Translations under genes and position numbers: made by a program
Notes under the pieces: generated by a model
What the model was told of the DNA's origin: nothing
The model's input: the letters and a program-made list of their open reading frames with translations, nothing else
Databases searched by the model: none
Assembly: GCA_964016885.1 (NCBI GenBank)
Contig: CAXHJY010001105.1
Location: 62,001-126,000, forward strand
Reading direction: 5' to 3'
Source: Eledone cirrhosa
Lineage: Eukaryota
DNA: 64,000 bases
Shown: in pieces, positions 24,401-39,400 of the stretch
Numbering within the stretch: the stretch's first letter is position 1
How the letters are laid out: each line of letters starts with the position of its first letter

Positions 24401-27400
24401 AAGTGGTCATGTAGGTGTCACAACAGAAAGTACCCAGTCCACACTGTAAAGTGGTCATGTAGGTGTCACAACAAAAAGTAGCCAGTCCACACTGTAAAGT
24501 GGCCATGTAGGTGTCACAACAAAAAGTACCCAGTCCACACTGTAAAGTGGTCATGTAGGTGTCACAACAAAAAGTACCCAGTCCACACTGTAAAGTGGTC
24601 ATGTAGGTGTCACAACAAAAGGTACCCAGTCCACACTGTAAAGTGGTCATGTAGGTGTCACAACAAAAAGTACCCAGTCCACTCTGTAAAGTGGTCATGT
24701 AGGTGTCACAACAAAAAGTACCCAGTCCACACTGTAAAGTGGTCATGTAGGTGTCACAACAAAAAGTACCCAGTCCACTCTGTAAAGTGGTCATGTAGGT
24801 GTCACAACAAAAAGTAGCCAGTCCACACTGTAAAGTGGTCATGTAGGTGTCACAACAAAACGTACCCAGTCCACACTGTAAAGTAGTCATGTAGGTGTCA
24901 CAACAAAAAGTACCCAGTCCACACTGTAAAGTGGTCATGTAGGTGTCACAACCAAAAGTACCCAGTCCACACTGTAAAGTGGTCATGTAGGTGTCACAAC
25001 AAAAAGTACCCAGTCCACACTGTAAAGTGGTCATGTAGGTGTCATGACAAAACGTACCCAGTCCACACTATAAAGTGGTCATGTAGGTGTCACAACAAAA
25101 CGTACCCAGTCCACACTGTAAAGTGGTTATGTAGGTGTCACAACAAAAAGCACCCAGTCCACACTGTAAAGTGGTCATGTCAGTGTCACAACAAAAAGCA
25201 CCCAGTCCACACTGTAAAGTGGTCATGTAGGTGTCACAACAAAACGTACCCAGTCCACACTGTAAAGTAGTCATGTAGGTGTCACAACAAAAAGTACCCA
25301 GTCCACACTGTAAAGTGGTCATGTAGGTGTCACAACCAAAAGTACCCAGTCCACACTGTAAAGTGGTCATGTAGGTGTCACAACAAAAAGTACCCAGTCC
25401 ACACTGTAAAGTGGTCATGTAGGTCTCACAACAAAAAGTACCCAGTCCACACTGTAAAGTGGTCATGTAGGTGTCACAACAAAAAGTACCCAGTCCTCAC
25501 TGTAAAGTGGTCATGTAGGTGTCACAACAAAAAGTACCCAGTCCACACTGTAAAGTGGTCATGTAGGTGTCACAACAAACAACACCCAGTCCACACTGTA
25601 AAGTGGTCATGTAGGTGTCACAACAAAAAGTAGCCAGTCCACACTGTAAAGTGGTCATGTAGGTGTCACAACAAACAACACCCAGTCCACACTGTAAAGT
25701 GGTCATGTAGGTGTCACAACAAAAAGTACCCAGTCCACACTGTAAAGTGGTCATGTAGGTGTCACAACAAAAAGTAGCCAGTCCACACTGTAAAGTGGTC
25801 ATGTAGGTGTCACAACAAAAAGTACCCAGTCCACACTGTAAAGTGGTCATGTAGGTGTCACAACAAAAAGTACCCAGTCCACACTGTAAAGTGGTCATGT
25901 AGGTGTCACAACAAAAAGCACCCAGTCCACACTGTCAAGTGGTCATGTCAGTGTCACAACAAAAAGCACCCAGTCCAAACTGTAAAGTGGTCATGTAGGT
26001 GTCACAACAAAACGTACCCAGTCCACACTGTAAAGTAGTCATGTAGGTGTCACAACAAAAAGTACCCAGTCCACACTGTAAAGTGGTCATGTAGGTGTCA
26101 CAACCAAAAGTACCCAGTCCACACTGTAAAGTGGTCATGTAGCTGTCACAACAAAAAGTACCCAGTCCACACTGTAAAGTGGTCATGTAGGTGTCACAAC
26201 AAAATGTACCCAGTCCACACTGTAAAGTGGTCATGTAGGTCTCACAACAAAAAGTACCCAGTCCACACTGTAAAGTGGTCATGTAGGTGTCACAACAAAA
26301 AGTACCCAGTCCTCACTGTAAAGTGGTCATGTAGGTGTCACAACAAAAAGTACCCAGTCCACACTTTAAAGTGGTCATGTAGGTGTCACAACAAACAACA
26401 CCCAGTCCACACTGTAAAGTGGTCATGTAGGTGTCACAACAAAAAGTACCCAGTCCACACTGTAAAGTGGTCATGTAGGTGTCACGACAAAAAGTAACCA
26501 GTACACACTGTAAAGTGGTCATCTAGGTGTCACAACAAATAGTACCCAGTCCACACTGTAAAGTGGTCATCTAGGTGTCACAACAAATAGTACCCAGTCC
26601 ACACTGTAAAGTGGTCATGTAGGTGTCACAACAAAAAGTACCCAGTCCACACTGTAAAGTGGTCATGTAGGTGTCATGACAAACAACACCCAGTCCACAC
26701 TGTAAAGTGGTCATGTAGGTGTCACAACAAAAAGTACCCAGTCCACACTGTAAGGTGGTTATGTAGGTGTCACAACAAACAACACCCAGTCCACACTGTA
26801 AAGTGGTCATGTAGGTGTCACAACAAAAAGTACCCAGTCCACACTGTAAAGTGGTCATGTAGGTGTCATGACAAACAACACCCAGTCCACACTGTAAAGT
26901 GGTCATGTAGGTGTCACAACAAAAAGTACCCAGTCCACACTGTAAAGTGGTCATGTAGGTGTCACAACAAAAAGTACCCAGTCCACACTGTAAAGTGGTC
27001 ATGTAGGTGTCATGACAAACAACACCCAGTCCACACTGTAAAGTGGTCATGTAGGTGTCACAACAAAAAGTACCCAGTCCACACTGTAAAGTGGTCATGT
27101 AGGTGTCACAACAAAAAGTACCCAGTCTACACTGTAAAGTGGTCATGTAGGTGTCACAACAAAAAGTACCCAGTCCACTCTGTAAAGTGGTCATGTAGGT
27201 GTCACAACAAAAAGTACCCAGTCCACTCTGGAAAGTGGTCATGTAGGTGTCACAACAAAAAGTACCCAGTCCACTCTGTAAAGTGGTCATGTAGGTGTCA
27301 CAACAAAAAGTACCCAGTCCACACTGTAAAGTGGTCATGTAGGTGTCACAACAAGAAGTACCCAGTCCACACTGTAAAGTGGTCATGTAGGTGTCACAAC

Positions 27401-30400
27401 AAAAAGTACCCAGTCCACACTGTAAAGTGGTCATGTAGGTGTCACAACAAACACCCAGTCCACACTGTAAAGTGGTCATGTAGGTGTCACAACAAAAAGT
27501 ACCCAGTCCACTCTGTAAAGTGGTCATGTAGGTGTCACAACAAAAAGTACCCAGTCCACTCTGTAAAGTGGTCATGTAGGTGTCACAACAAAAAGTACCC
27601 AGTCTACACTGTAAAGTGGTCATGTAGGTGTGTTACAACAAAAAGTACCCAGTCTACACTGTAAAGTGGTCATGTAGGTGTCACAACAAAAAGTAGCCAG
27701 TCCACACTGTAAAGTGGTCATGTAGGTGTCACAACAAAAAGTACCCAGTACACACTGTAAAGTGGTCATGTAGGTGTCACAACAAAAAGTACCCAGTCCA
27801 CACTATAAAGTGGTCATGTAGGTGTCACAACAAAAAGTACCCAGTCCACTCTGTAGAATGGTCATGTAGGTGTCACAACAAAAAGTACCCAGTCCACACT
27901 GTAAAGTGGTCATGTAGGTGTCATGACAAAAAACACCCAGTCCACACTGTAAAGTGGTCATGTAAGTGTCACAACAAAGAGTACCCAGTCCACACTGTAA
28001 AGTGGTCATATAGGTGTCACAACAAAATGTACCCAGTCCACACTGTAAAGTGGTCATGTAGGTGTCACAAACAAAATGTACCCAGTACACACTGTAAAGT
28101 GGTCATGTAGGTGTCACAACAAAAAGTACCCAGTCCACACTGTAAAGTGGTCATGTAGGTGTCACAACAAAAGTACCCAGTCCACACTGTAAAGTGGTCA
28201 TGTAGGTGTCACAACAAAAAGCACCCAGTCCACACTGTAAAGTGGTCATGTAGGTGTCATGACAAACAACACCCAGTCCACACTGTAAAGTGGTCATGTA
28301 GGTGTCATGACAAAACGTACCCAGTCCACACTATAAAGTGGTCATGTAGGTGTCACAACAAAACGTACCCAGTCCACACTGTAAACTGGTTATGTAGGTG
28401 TCACAACAAAAAGCACCCAGTCCACACTGTAAAGTGGTCATGTCAGTGTCAAAACAAAAAGCACCCAGTCCACACTGTAAAGTAGTCATGTAGGTGTCAC
28501 AACAAAAAGTACCCAGTCCACACTGTTAAGTGGTCATGTAGGTGTCACAACCAAAAGTACCCAGTCCACACTGTAAAGTGGTCATGTAGGTGTCACAACA
28601 AAAAGTACCCAGTCCACACTGTAAAGTGATCATGTAGGTGTCACAACAAACAACACCCAGTCCACACTGTAAAGTGGTCATGTAGGTGTCACAACAAAAA
28701 GTACCCAGTCCACACTGTAAAGTGGTCATGTAGGTGTCACAACAAAAAGTAGCCAGTCCACACTGTAAAGTGGCCATGTAGGTGTCACAACAAAAAGTAC
28801 CCAGTCCACACTGTAAAGTGGTCATGTAGGTGTCACAACAAAAAGTACCCAGTCCACTCTGTAAAGTGGTCATGTAGGTGTCACAACAAAAAGTAGCCAG
28901 TCCACACTGTAAAGTGGCCATGTAGGTGTCACAACAAAAAGTACCCAGTCCACACTGTAAAGTGGTCATGTAGGTGTCACAACAAAAAGTACCCAGTCCA
29001 CACTGTAAAGTGGTCATGTAGGTGTCACAACAAAAAGTACCCAGTCCACACTGTAAAGTGGTCATGTAGGTGTCACAACAAAAAGTACCCAGTCCACTCT
29101 GTAAAGTGGTCATGTAGGTGTCACAACAAAAAGTAGCCAGTCCACACTGTAAAGTGGTCATGTAGGTGTCACAGCAAATAGTACCCAGTACACACTGTAA
29201 AGTGGTCATATAGGTGTGTTACAACTAAAAGTACCCAGTCTACACTGTAAAGTGGTCATGTAGGTGTCACAACAAAAAGTACCCAGTCCACACTGTAAAG
29301 TGGTCATGTAGGTGTCATGACAAACAACACCCAGTCCACACTGTAAAGTGGTCATGTAGGTGTCATGACAAAACGTACCCAGTCCACACTATAAAGTGGT
29401 CATGTAGGTGTCACAACAAAACGTACCCAGTCCACACTGTAAAGTGGTTATGTAGGTGTCACAACAAAAAGCACCCAGTCCACACTGTAAAGTGGTCATG
29501 TCAGTGTCACAACAAAAAGCACCCAGTCCACACTGTAAAGTGGTCATGTAGGTGTCACAACAAAACGTACCCAGTCCACACTGTAAAGTAGTCATGTAGG
29601 TGTCACAACAAAAAGTACCCAGTCCACACTGTAAAGTGGTCATGTAGGTGTCACAACAAACACCCAGTCCACACTGTAAAGTGGTCATGTAGGTGTCACA
29701 ACAAAAAGTACCCAGTCCACTCTGTAAAGTGGTCATGTAGGTGTCACAACAAAAAGTACCCAGTCCACTCTGTAAAGTGGTCATGTAGGTGTCACAACAA
29801 AAAGTACCCAGTCTACACTGTAAAGTGGTCATGTAGGTGTGTTACAACAAAAAGTACCCAGTCTACACTGTAAAGTGGTCATGTAGGTGTCACAACAAAA
29901 AGTAGCCAGTCCACACTGTAAAGTGGTCATGTAGGTGTCACAACAAAAAGTACCCAGTACACACTGTAAAGTGGTCATGTAGGTGTCACAACAAAAAGTA
30001 CCCAGTCCACACTATAAAGTGGTCGTGTAGGTGTCACAACAAAAAGTACCCAGTCCACTCTGTAGAATGGTCATGTAGGTGTCACAACAAAAAGTACCCA
30101 GTCCACACTGTAAAGTGGTCATGTAGGTGTCATGACAAAAAACACCCAGTCCACACTGTAAAGTGGTCATGTAAGTGTCACAACAAAGAGTACCCAGTCC
30201 ACACTGTAAAGTGGTCATATAAGTGTCACAACAAAATGTACCCAGTCCACACTGTAAAGTGGTCATGTAGGTGTCACAAACAAAATGTACCCAGTACACA
30301 CTGTAAAGTGGTCATGTAGGTGTCACAACAAAAAGTACCCAGTCCACACTGTAAAGTGGTCATGTAGGTGTCACAACAAAAGTACCCAGTCCACACTGTA

Positions 30401-33400
30401 AAGTGGTCATGTAGGTGTCACAACAAAAAGCACCCAGTCCACACTGTAAAGTGGTCATGTAGGTGTCATGACAAACAACACCCAGTCCACACTGTAAAGT
30501 GGTCATGTAGGTGTCATGACAAAACGTACCCAGTCCACACTATAAAGTGGTCATGTAGGTGTCACAACAAAACGTACCCAGTCCACACTGTAAACTGGTT
30601 ATGTAGGTGTCACAACAAAAAGCACCCAGTCCACACTGTAAAGTGGTCATGTCAGTGTCACAACAAAAAGCACCCAGTCCACACTGTAAAGTAGTCATGT
30701 AGGTGTCACAACAAAAAGTACCCAGTCCACACTGTTAAGTGGTCATGTAGGTGTCACAACCAAAAGTACCTAGTCCACACTGTAAAGTGGTCATGTAGGT
30801 GTCACAACAAAAAGTACCCAGTCCACACTGTAAAGTGGTCATGTAGGTGTCACAACAAACAACACCCAGTCCACACTGTAAAGTGGTCATGTAGGTGTCA
30901 CAACAAAAAGTACCCAGTCCACACTGTAAAGTGGTCATGTAGGTGTCACAACAAAAAGTAGCCAGTCCACACTGTAAAGTGGCCATGTAGGTGTCACAAC
31001 AAAAAGTACCCAGTCCACACTGTAAAGTGTTCATGTAGGTGTCACAACAAAAAGTACCCAGTCCACTCTGTAAAGTGGTCATGTAGGTGTCACAACAAAA
31101 AGTAGCCAGTCCACACTGTAAAGTGGCCATGTAGGTGTCACAACAAAAAGTACCCAGTCCACACTGTAAAGTGGTCATGTAGGTGTCACAACAAAAAGTA
31201 CCCAGTCCACACTGTAAAGTGGTCATGTAGGTGTCACAACAAAAAGTACCCAGTCCACACTGTAAAGTGGTCATGTAGGTGTCACAACAAAAAGTACCCA
31301 GTCCACTCTGTAAAGTGGTCATGTAGGTGTCACAACAAAAAGTAGCCAGTCCACACTGTAAAGTGGTCATGTAGGTGTCACAGCAAATAGTACCCAGTAC
31401 ACACTGTAAAGTGGTCATATAGGTGTGTTACAACTAAAAGTACCCAGTCTACACTGTAAAGTGGTCATGTAGGTGTCACAACAAAAAGTACCCAGTCCAC
31501 ACTGTAAAGTGGTCATGTAGGTGTCATGACAAACAACACCCAGTCCACACTGTAAAGTGGTCATGTAGGTGTCATGACAAAACGTACCCAGTCCACACTA
31601 TAAAGTGGTCATGTAGGTGTCACAACAAAACGTACCCAGTCCACACTGTAAAGTGGTTATGTAGGTGTCACAACAAAAAGCACCCAGTCCACACTGTAAA
31701 GTGGTCATGTCAGTGTCACAACAAAAAGCACCCAGTCCACACTGTAAAGTGGTCATGTAGGTGTCACAACAAAACGTACCCAGTCCACACTGTAAAGTAG
31801 TCATGTAAGTGTCACAACAAAAAGTACCCAGTCCACACTGTAAAGTGGTCATGTAGGTGTCACAACCAAAAGTACCCAGTCCACACTGTAAAGTGGTCAT
31901 GTAGGTGTCACAACAAAAAGTACCCAGTCCACACTGTAAAGTGGTCATGTAGGTCTCACAACAAAAAGTACCCAGTCCACACTGTAAAGTGGTCATGTAG
32001 GTGTCACAACAAAAAGTACCCAGTCCTCACTGTAAAGTGGTCATGTAGGTGTCACAACAAAGAGTACCCAGTCCACACTGTAAAGTGGTCATATAGGTGT
32101 CACAACAAAATGTACCCAGTCCACACTGTAAAGTGGTCATGTAGGTGTCACAAACAAAATGTACCCAGTACACACTGTAAAGTGGTCATGTAGGTGTCAC
32201 AACAAAAAGTACCCAGTCCACAGTGTAAAGTGGTCATGTAGGTGTCACAACAAAAGTACCCAGTCCACACTGTAAAGTGGTCATGTAGGTGTCACAACAA
32301 AAAGCACCCAGTCCACACTGTAAAGTGGTCATGTAGGTGTCATGACAAACAACACCCAGTCCACACTGTAAAGTGGTCATGTAGGTGTCATGACAAAACG
32401 TACCCAGTCCACACTATAAAGTGGTCATGTAGGTGTCACAACAAAACGTACCCAGTCCACACTGTAAACTGGTTATGTAGGTGTCACAACAAAAAGCACC
32501 CAGTCCACACTGTAAAGTGGTCATGTCAGTGTCACAACAAAAAGCACCCAGTCCACACTGTAAAGTAGTCATGTAGGTGTCACAACAAAAAGTACCCAGT
32601 CCACACTGTTAAGTGGTCATGTAGGTGTCACAACCAAAAGTACCCAGTCCACACTGTAAAGTGGTCATGTAGGTGTCACAACAAAAAGTACCCAGTCCAC
32701 ACTGTAAAGTGGTCATGTAGGTGTCACAACAAACAACACCCAGTCCACACTGTAAAGTGGTCATGTAGGTGTCACAACAAAAAGTACCCAGTCCACACTG
32801 TAAAGTGGTCATCTAGGTGTCACAACAAACAACACCCAGTCCACACTGTAAAGTGGTCATGTAGGTGTCACAACAAAAAGTACCCAGTCCACTCTGTAAA
32901 GTGGTCATGTAGGTGTCACAACAAAAAGTAGCCAGTCCACACTGTAAAGTGGTCATGTAGGTGTCACAGCAAATAGTACCCAGTACACACTGTAAAGTGG
33001 TCATGTAGGTGTGTTACAACAAAAAGTACCCAGTCTACACTGTAAAGTGGTCATGTAGGTGTCACAACAAAAAGTACCCAGTCCACACTGTAAAGTGGTC
33101 ATGTAGGTGTCATGACAAACAACACCCAGTCCACACTGTAAAGTGGTCATGTAGGTGTCATGACAAAACGTACCCAGTCCACACTATGAAGTGGTCATGT
33201 AGGTGTCACAACAAAAGGTACCCAGTCCACACTGTAAAGTGGTTATGTAGGTGTCACAACAAAAAGCACCCAGTCCACACTGTAAAATGGTCATGTCAGT
33301 GTCACAACAAAAAGCACCCAGTCCACACTGTAAAGTAGTCATGTAGGTGTCACAACAAAACGTACCCAGTCCACACTGTAAAGTAGTCATGTAGGTGTCA

Positions 33401-36400
33401 CAACAAAAAGTACCCAGTCCACACTGTAAAGTGGTCATGTAGGTGTCACAACCAAAGGTACCCAGTCCACACTGTAAAGTGGTCATGTAGGTGTCACAAC
33501 AAAAAGTACCCAGTCCTCACTGTAAAGTGGTCATGTAGGTGTCACAACAAAAAGTACCCAGTCCACACTGTAAAGTGGTCATCTAGGTGTCACAACAAAC
33601 AACACCCAGTCCACACTGTAAAGTGGTCATGTAGGTGTCACAACAAAAAGTAGCCAGTCCACACTGTAAAGTGGTCATGTAGGTGTCACAACAAACAACA
33701 CCCAGTCCACACTGTAAAGTGGTCATGTAGGTGTCACAACAAAAAGCACCCAGTCCACACTGTAAAGTGGTCATGTCAGTGTCACAACAAAAAGCACCCA
33801 GTCCAAACTGTAAAGTGGTCATGTAGGTGTCACAACAAAAAGTACCCAGTCCACTCTGTAAAGTGGTCATGTAGGTGTCACAACAAAAAGTAGCCAGTCC
33901 ACACTGTAAAGTGGCCATGTAGGTGTCACAACAAAAAGTACCCAGTCCACACTGTAAAGTGGTCATGTAGGTGTCACAACAAAAAGTACCCAGTCCACAC
34001 TGTAAAGTGGTCATGTAGCTGTCACAACAAAAAGTACCCAGTCCACACTGTAAAGTGGTCATGTAGGTGTCACAACAAAAAGTACCCAGTCCACTCTGTA
34101 AAGTGGTCATGTAGGTGTCACAACAAAAAGTAGCCAGTCCACACTGTAAAGTGGTCATGTAGGTGTCACAGCAAATAGTACCCAGTACACACTGTAAAGT
34201 GGTCATATAGGTGTGTTACAACTAAAAGTACCCAGTCTACACTGTAAAGTGGTCATGTAGGTGTCACAACAAAAAGTACCCAGTCCACACTGTAAAGTGG
34301 TCATGTAGGTGTCATGACAAACAACACCCAGTCCACACTGTAAAGTGGTCATGTAGGTGTCATGACAAAACGTACCCAGTCCACACTATAAAGTGGTCAT
34401 GTAGGTGTCACAACAAAACGTACCCAGTCCACACTGTAAAGTGGTTATGTAGGTGTCACAACAAAAAGCACCCAGTCCACACTGTAAAGTGGTCATGTCA
34501 GTGTCACAACAAAAAGCACCCAGTCCACACTGTAAAGTGGTCGTGTAGGTGTCACAACAAAATGTACCCAGTCCACACTGTAAAGTAGTCATGTAGGTGT
34601 CACAACAAAAAGTACCCAGTCCACACTGTAAAGTGGTCATGTAGGTGTCACAACCAAAAGTACCCAGTCCACACTGTAAAGTGGTCATGTAGGTGTCACA
34701 ACAAAAAGTACCCAGTCCACACTGTAAAGTGGTCATGTAGGTCTCACAACAAAAAGTACCCAGTCCACACTGTAAAGTGGTCATGTAGGTGTCACAACAA
34801 AAAGTACCCAGTCCTCACTGTAAAGTGGTCATGTAGGTGTCACAACAAAGAGTACCCAGTCCACACTGTAAAGTGGTCATATAGGTGTCACAACAAAATG
34901 TACCCAGTCCACACTGTAAAGTGGTCATGTAGGTGTCACAAACAAAATGTACCCAGTACACACTGTAAAGTGGTCATGTAGGTGTCACAACAAAAAGTAC
35001 CCAGTCCACAGTGTAAAGTGGTCATGTAGGTGTCACAACAAAAGTACCCAGTCCACACTGTAAAGTGGTCATGTAGGTGTCACAACAAAAAGCACCCAGT
35101 CCACACTGTAAAGTGGTCATGTAGGTGTCATGACAAACAACACCCAGTCCACACTGTAAAGTGGTCATGTAGGTGTCATGACAAAACGTACCCAGTCCAC
35201 ACTATAAAGTGGTCATGTAGGTGTCACAACAAAACGTACCCAGTCCACACTGTAAACTGGTTATGTAGGTGTCACAACAAAAAGCACCCAGTCCACACTG
35301 TAAAGTGGTCATGTCAGTGTCACAACAAAAAGCACCCAGTCCACACTGTAAAGTAGTCATGTAGGTGTCACAACAAAAAGTACCCAGTCCACACTGTTAA
35401 GTGGTCATGTAGGTGTCACAACCAAAAGTACCCAGTCCACACTGTAAAGTGGTCATGTAGGTGTCACAACAAAAAGTACCCAGTCCACACTGTAAAGTGG
35501 TCATGTAGGTGTCACAACAAACAACACCCAGTCCACACTGTAAAGTGGTCATGTAGGTGTCACAACAAAAAGTACCCAGTCCACACTGTAAAGTGGTCAT
35601 CTAGGTGTCACAACAAACAACACCCAGTCCACACTGTAAAGTGGTCATGTAGGTGTCACAACAAAAAGTACCCAGTCCACTCTGTAAAGTGGTCATGTAG
35701 GTGTCACAACAAAAAGTAGCCAGTCCACACTGTAAAGTGGTCATGTAGGTGTCACAGCAAATAGTACCCAGTACACACTGTAAAGTGGTCATGTAGGTGT
35801 GTTACAACAAAAAGTACCCAGTCTACACTGTAAAGTGGTCATGTAGGTGTCACAACAAAAAGTACCCAGTCCACACTGTAAAGTGGTCATGTAGGTGTCA
35901 TGACAAACAACACCCAGTCCACACTGTAAAGTGGTCATGTAGGTGTCATGACAAAACGTACCCAGTCCACACTATGAAGTGGTCATGTAGGTGTCACAAC
36001 AAAAGGTACCCAGTCCACACTGTAAAGTGGTTATGTAGGTGTCACAACAAAAAGCACCCAGTCCACACTGTAAAATGGTCATGTCAGTGTCACAACAAAA
36101 AGCACCCAGTCCACACTGTAAAGTAGTCATGTAGGTGTCACAACAAAACGTACCCAGTCCACACTGTAAAGTAGTCATGTAGGTGTCACAACAAAAAGTA
36201 CCCAGTCCACACTGTAAAGTGGTCATGTAGGTGTCACAACCAAAGGTACCCAGTCCACACTGTAAAGTGGTCATGTAGGTGTCACAACAAAAAGTACCCA
36301 GTCCTCACTGTAAAGTGGTCATGTAGGTGTCACAACAAAAAGTACCCAGTCCACACTGTAAAGTGGTCATCTAGGTGTCACAACAAACAACACCCAGTCC

Positions 36401-39400
36401 ACACTGTAAAGTGGTCATGTAGGTGTCACAACAAAAAGTAGCCAGTCCACACTGTAAAGTGGTCATGTAGGTGTCACAACAAACAACACCCAGTCCACAC
36501 TGTAAAGTGGTCATGTAGGTGTCACAACAAAAAGCACCCAGTCCACACTGTAAAGTGGTCATGTCAGTGTCACAACAAAAAGCACCCAGTCCAAACTGTA
36601 AAGTGGTCATGTAGGTGTCACAACAAAAAGTACCCAGTCCACTCTGTAAAGTGGTCATGTAGGTGTCACAACAAAAAGTAGCCAGTCCACACTGTAAAGT
36701 GCTCATGTAGGTGTCACAACAAAAAGTACCCAGTCCACACTGTAAAGTGGTCATGTAGGTGTCACAGCAAATAGTACCCAGTACACACTGTAAAGTGGTC
36801 ATGTAGGTGTCACAACAAAAAGTACCCAGTACACACTGTAAAGTGGTCATGTAGGTGTCACAACAAAAAGTACCCAGTCCACACTATAAAGTGGTCATGT
36901 AGGTGTCACAACAAAAAGTACCCAGTCCACTCTGTAGAATGGTAATGTAGGTGTCACAACAAAAAGTACCCAGTCCACACTGTAAAGTGGTCATGTAGGT
37001 GTCATGACAAAAAACACCCAGTCCACACTGTAAAGTGGTCATGTAAGTGTCACAACAAAGAGTACCCAGTCCACACTGTAAAGTGGTCATATAGGTGTCA
37101 CAACAAAATGTACCCAGTCCACACTGTAAAGTGGTCATGTAGGTGTCACAAACAAAATGTACCCAGTCCACACTGTAAAGTGGTCATGTAGGTGTCACAA
37201 CAAAAAGTACCCAGTCCACACTGTAAAGTGGTCATGTAGGTGTCACAACAAAAGTACCCAGTCCACACTGTAAAGTGGTCATGTAGGTGTCACAACAAAA
37301 AGCACCCAGTCCACACTGTAAAGTGGTCATGTAGGTGTCATGACAAACAACACCCAGTCCACACTGTAAAGTGGTCATGTAGGTGTCATGACAAAACGTA
37401 CCCAGTCCACACTATAAAGTGGTCATGTAGGTGTCACAACAAAACGTACCCAGTCCACACTGTAAACTGGTTATGTAGGTGTCACAACAAAAAGTAGCCA
37501 GTCCACACTGTAAAGTGGTCATGTAGGTGTCACAACAAACAACACCCAGTCCACACTGTAAAGTGGTCATGTAGGTGTCACAACAAAAAGCACCCAGTCC
37601 ACACTGTAAAGTGGTCATGTCAGTGTCACAACAAAAAGCACCCAGTCCAAACTGTAAAGTGGTCATGTAGGTGTCACAACAAAAAGTACCCAGTCCACTC
37701 TGTAAAGTGGTCATGTAGGTGTCACAACAAAAAGTAGCCAGTCCACACTGTAAAGTGCTCATGTAGGTGTCACAACAAAAAGTACCCAGTCCACACTGTA
37801 AAGTGGTCATGTAGGTGTCACAGCAAATAGTACCCAGTACACACTGTAAAGTGGTCATGTAGGTGTCACAACAAAAAGTACCCAGTACACACTGTAAAGT
37901 GGTCATGTAGGTGTCACAACAAAAAGTACCCAGTCCACACTATAAAGTGGTCATGTAGGTGTCACAACAAAAAGTACCCAGTCCACTCTGTAGAATGGTC
38001 ATGTAGGTGTCACAACAAAAAGTACCCAGTCCACATTGTAAAGTGGTCATGTAGGTGTCATGACAAAAAACACCCAGTCCACACTGTAAAGTGGTCATGT
38101 AAGTGTCACAACAAAGAGTACCCAGTCCACACTGTAAAGTGGTCATATAGGTGTCACAACAAAATGTACCCAGTCCACACTGTAAAGTGGTCATGTAGGT
38201 GTCACAAACAAAATGTACCCAGTACACACTGTAAAGTGGTCATGTAGGTGTCACAACAAAAAGTACCCAGTCCACACTGTAAAGTGGTCATGTAGGTGTC
38301 ACAACAAAAGTACCCAGTCCACACTGTAAAGTGGTCATGTAGGTGTCACAACAAAAAGCACCCAGTCCACACTGTAAAGTGGTCATGTAGGTGTCATGAC
38401 AAACAACACCCAGTCCACACTGTAAAGTGGTCATGTAGGTGTTATGACAAAACGTACCCAGTCCACACTATAAAGTGGTCATGTAGGTGTCACAACAAAA
38501 CGTACCCAGTCCACACTGTAAACTGGTTATGTAGGTGTCACAACAAAAAGCACCCAGTCCACACTGTAAAGTGGTCATGTCAGTGTCACAACAAAAAGCA
38601 CCCAGTCCACACTGTAAAGTAGTCATGTAGGTGTCACAACCAAAAGTACCCAGTCCACACTGTAAAGTGGTCATGTAGGTGTCACAACAAAAAGTACCCA
38701 GTCCACACTGTAAAGTGGTCATGTAGGTGTCACAACAAACAACACCCAGTCCACACTGTAAAGTGGTCATGTAGGTGTCACAACAGAAAGTACCCAGTCC
38801 ACACTGTAAAGTGGTCATGTAGGTGTCACAACAAAAAGTAGCCAGTCCACACTGTAAAGTGGCCATGTAGGTGTCACAACAAAAAGTACCCAGTCCACAC
38901 TGTAAAGTGGTCATGTAGGTGTCACAACAAAAAGTACCCAGTCCACACTGTAAAGTGGTCATGTAGGTGTCACAACAAAAAGTACCCAGTCCACACTGTA
39001 AAGTGGTCATGTAGGTGTCACAACAAAAAGTACCCAGTCCACTCTGTAAAGTGGTCATGTAGGTGTCACAACAAAAAGTAGCCAGTCCACACTGTAAAGT
39101 GGTCATGTAGGTGTCACAGCAAATAGTACCCAGTACACACTGTAAAGTGGTCATATAGGTGTGTTACAACTAAAAGTACCCAGTCTACACTGTAAAGTGG
39201 TCATGTAGGTGTCACAACAAAAAGTACCCAGTCCACACTGTAAAGTGGTCATGTAGGTGTCACAACCAAAAGTACCCAGTCCACACTGTAAAGTGGTCAT
39301 GTAGGTGTCACAACAAAAAGTACCCAGTCCACACTGTAAAGTGGTCATGTAGGTCTCACAACAAAAAGTACCCAGTCCACACTGTAAAGTGGTCATGTAG

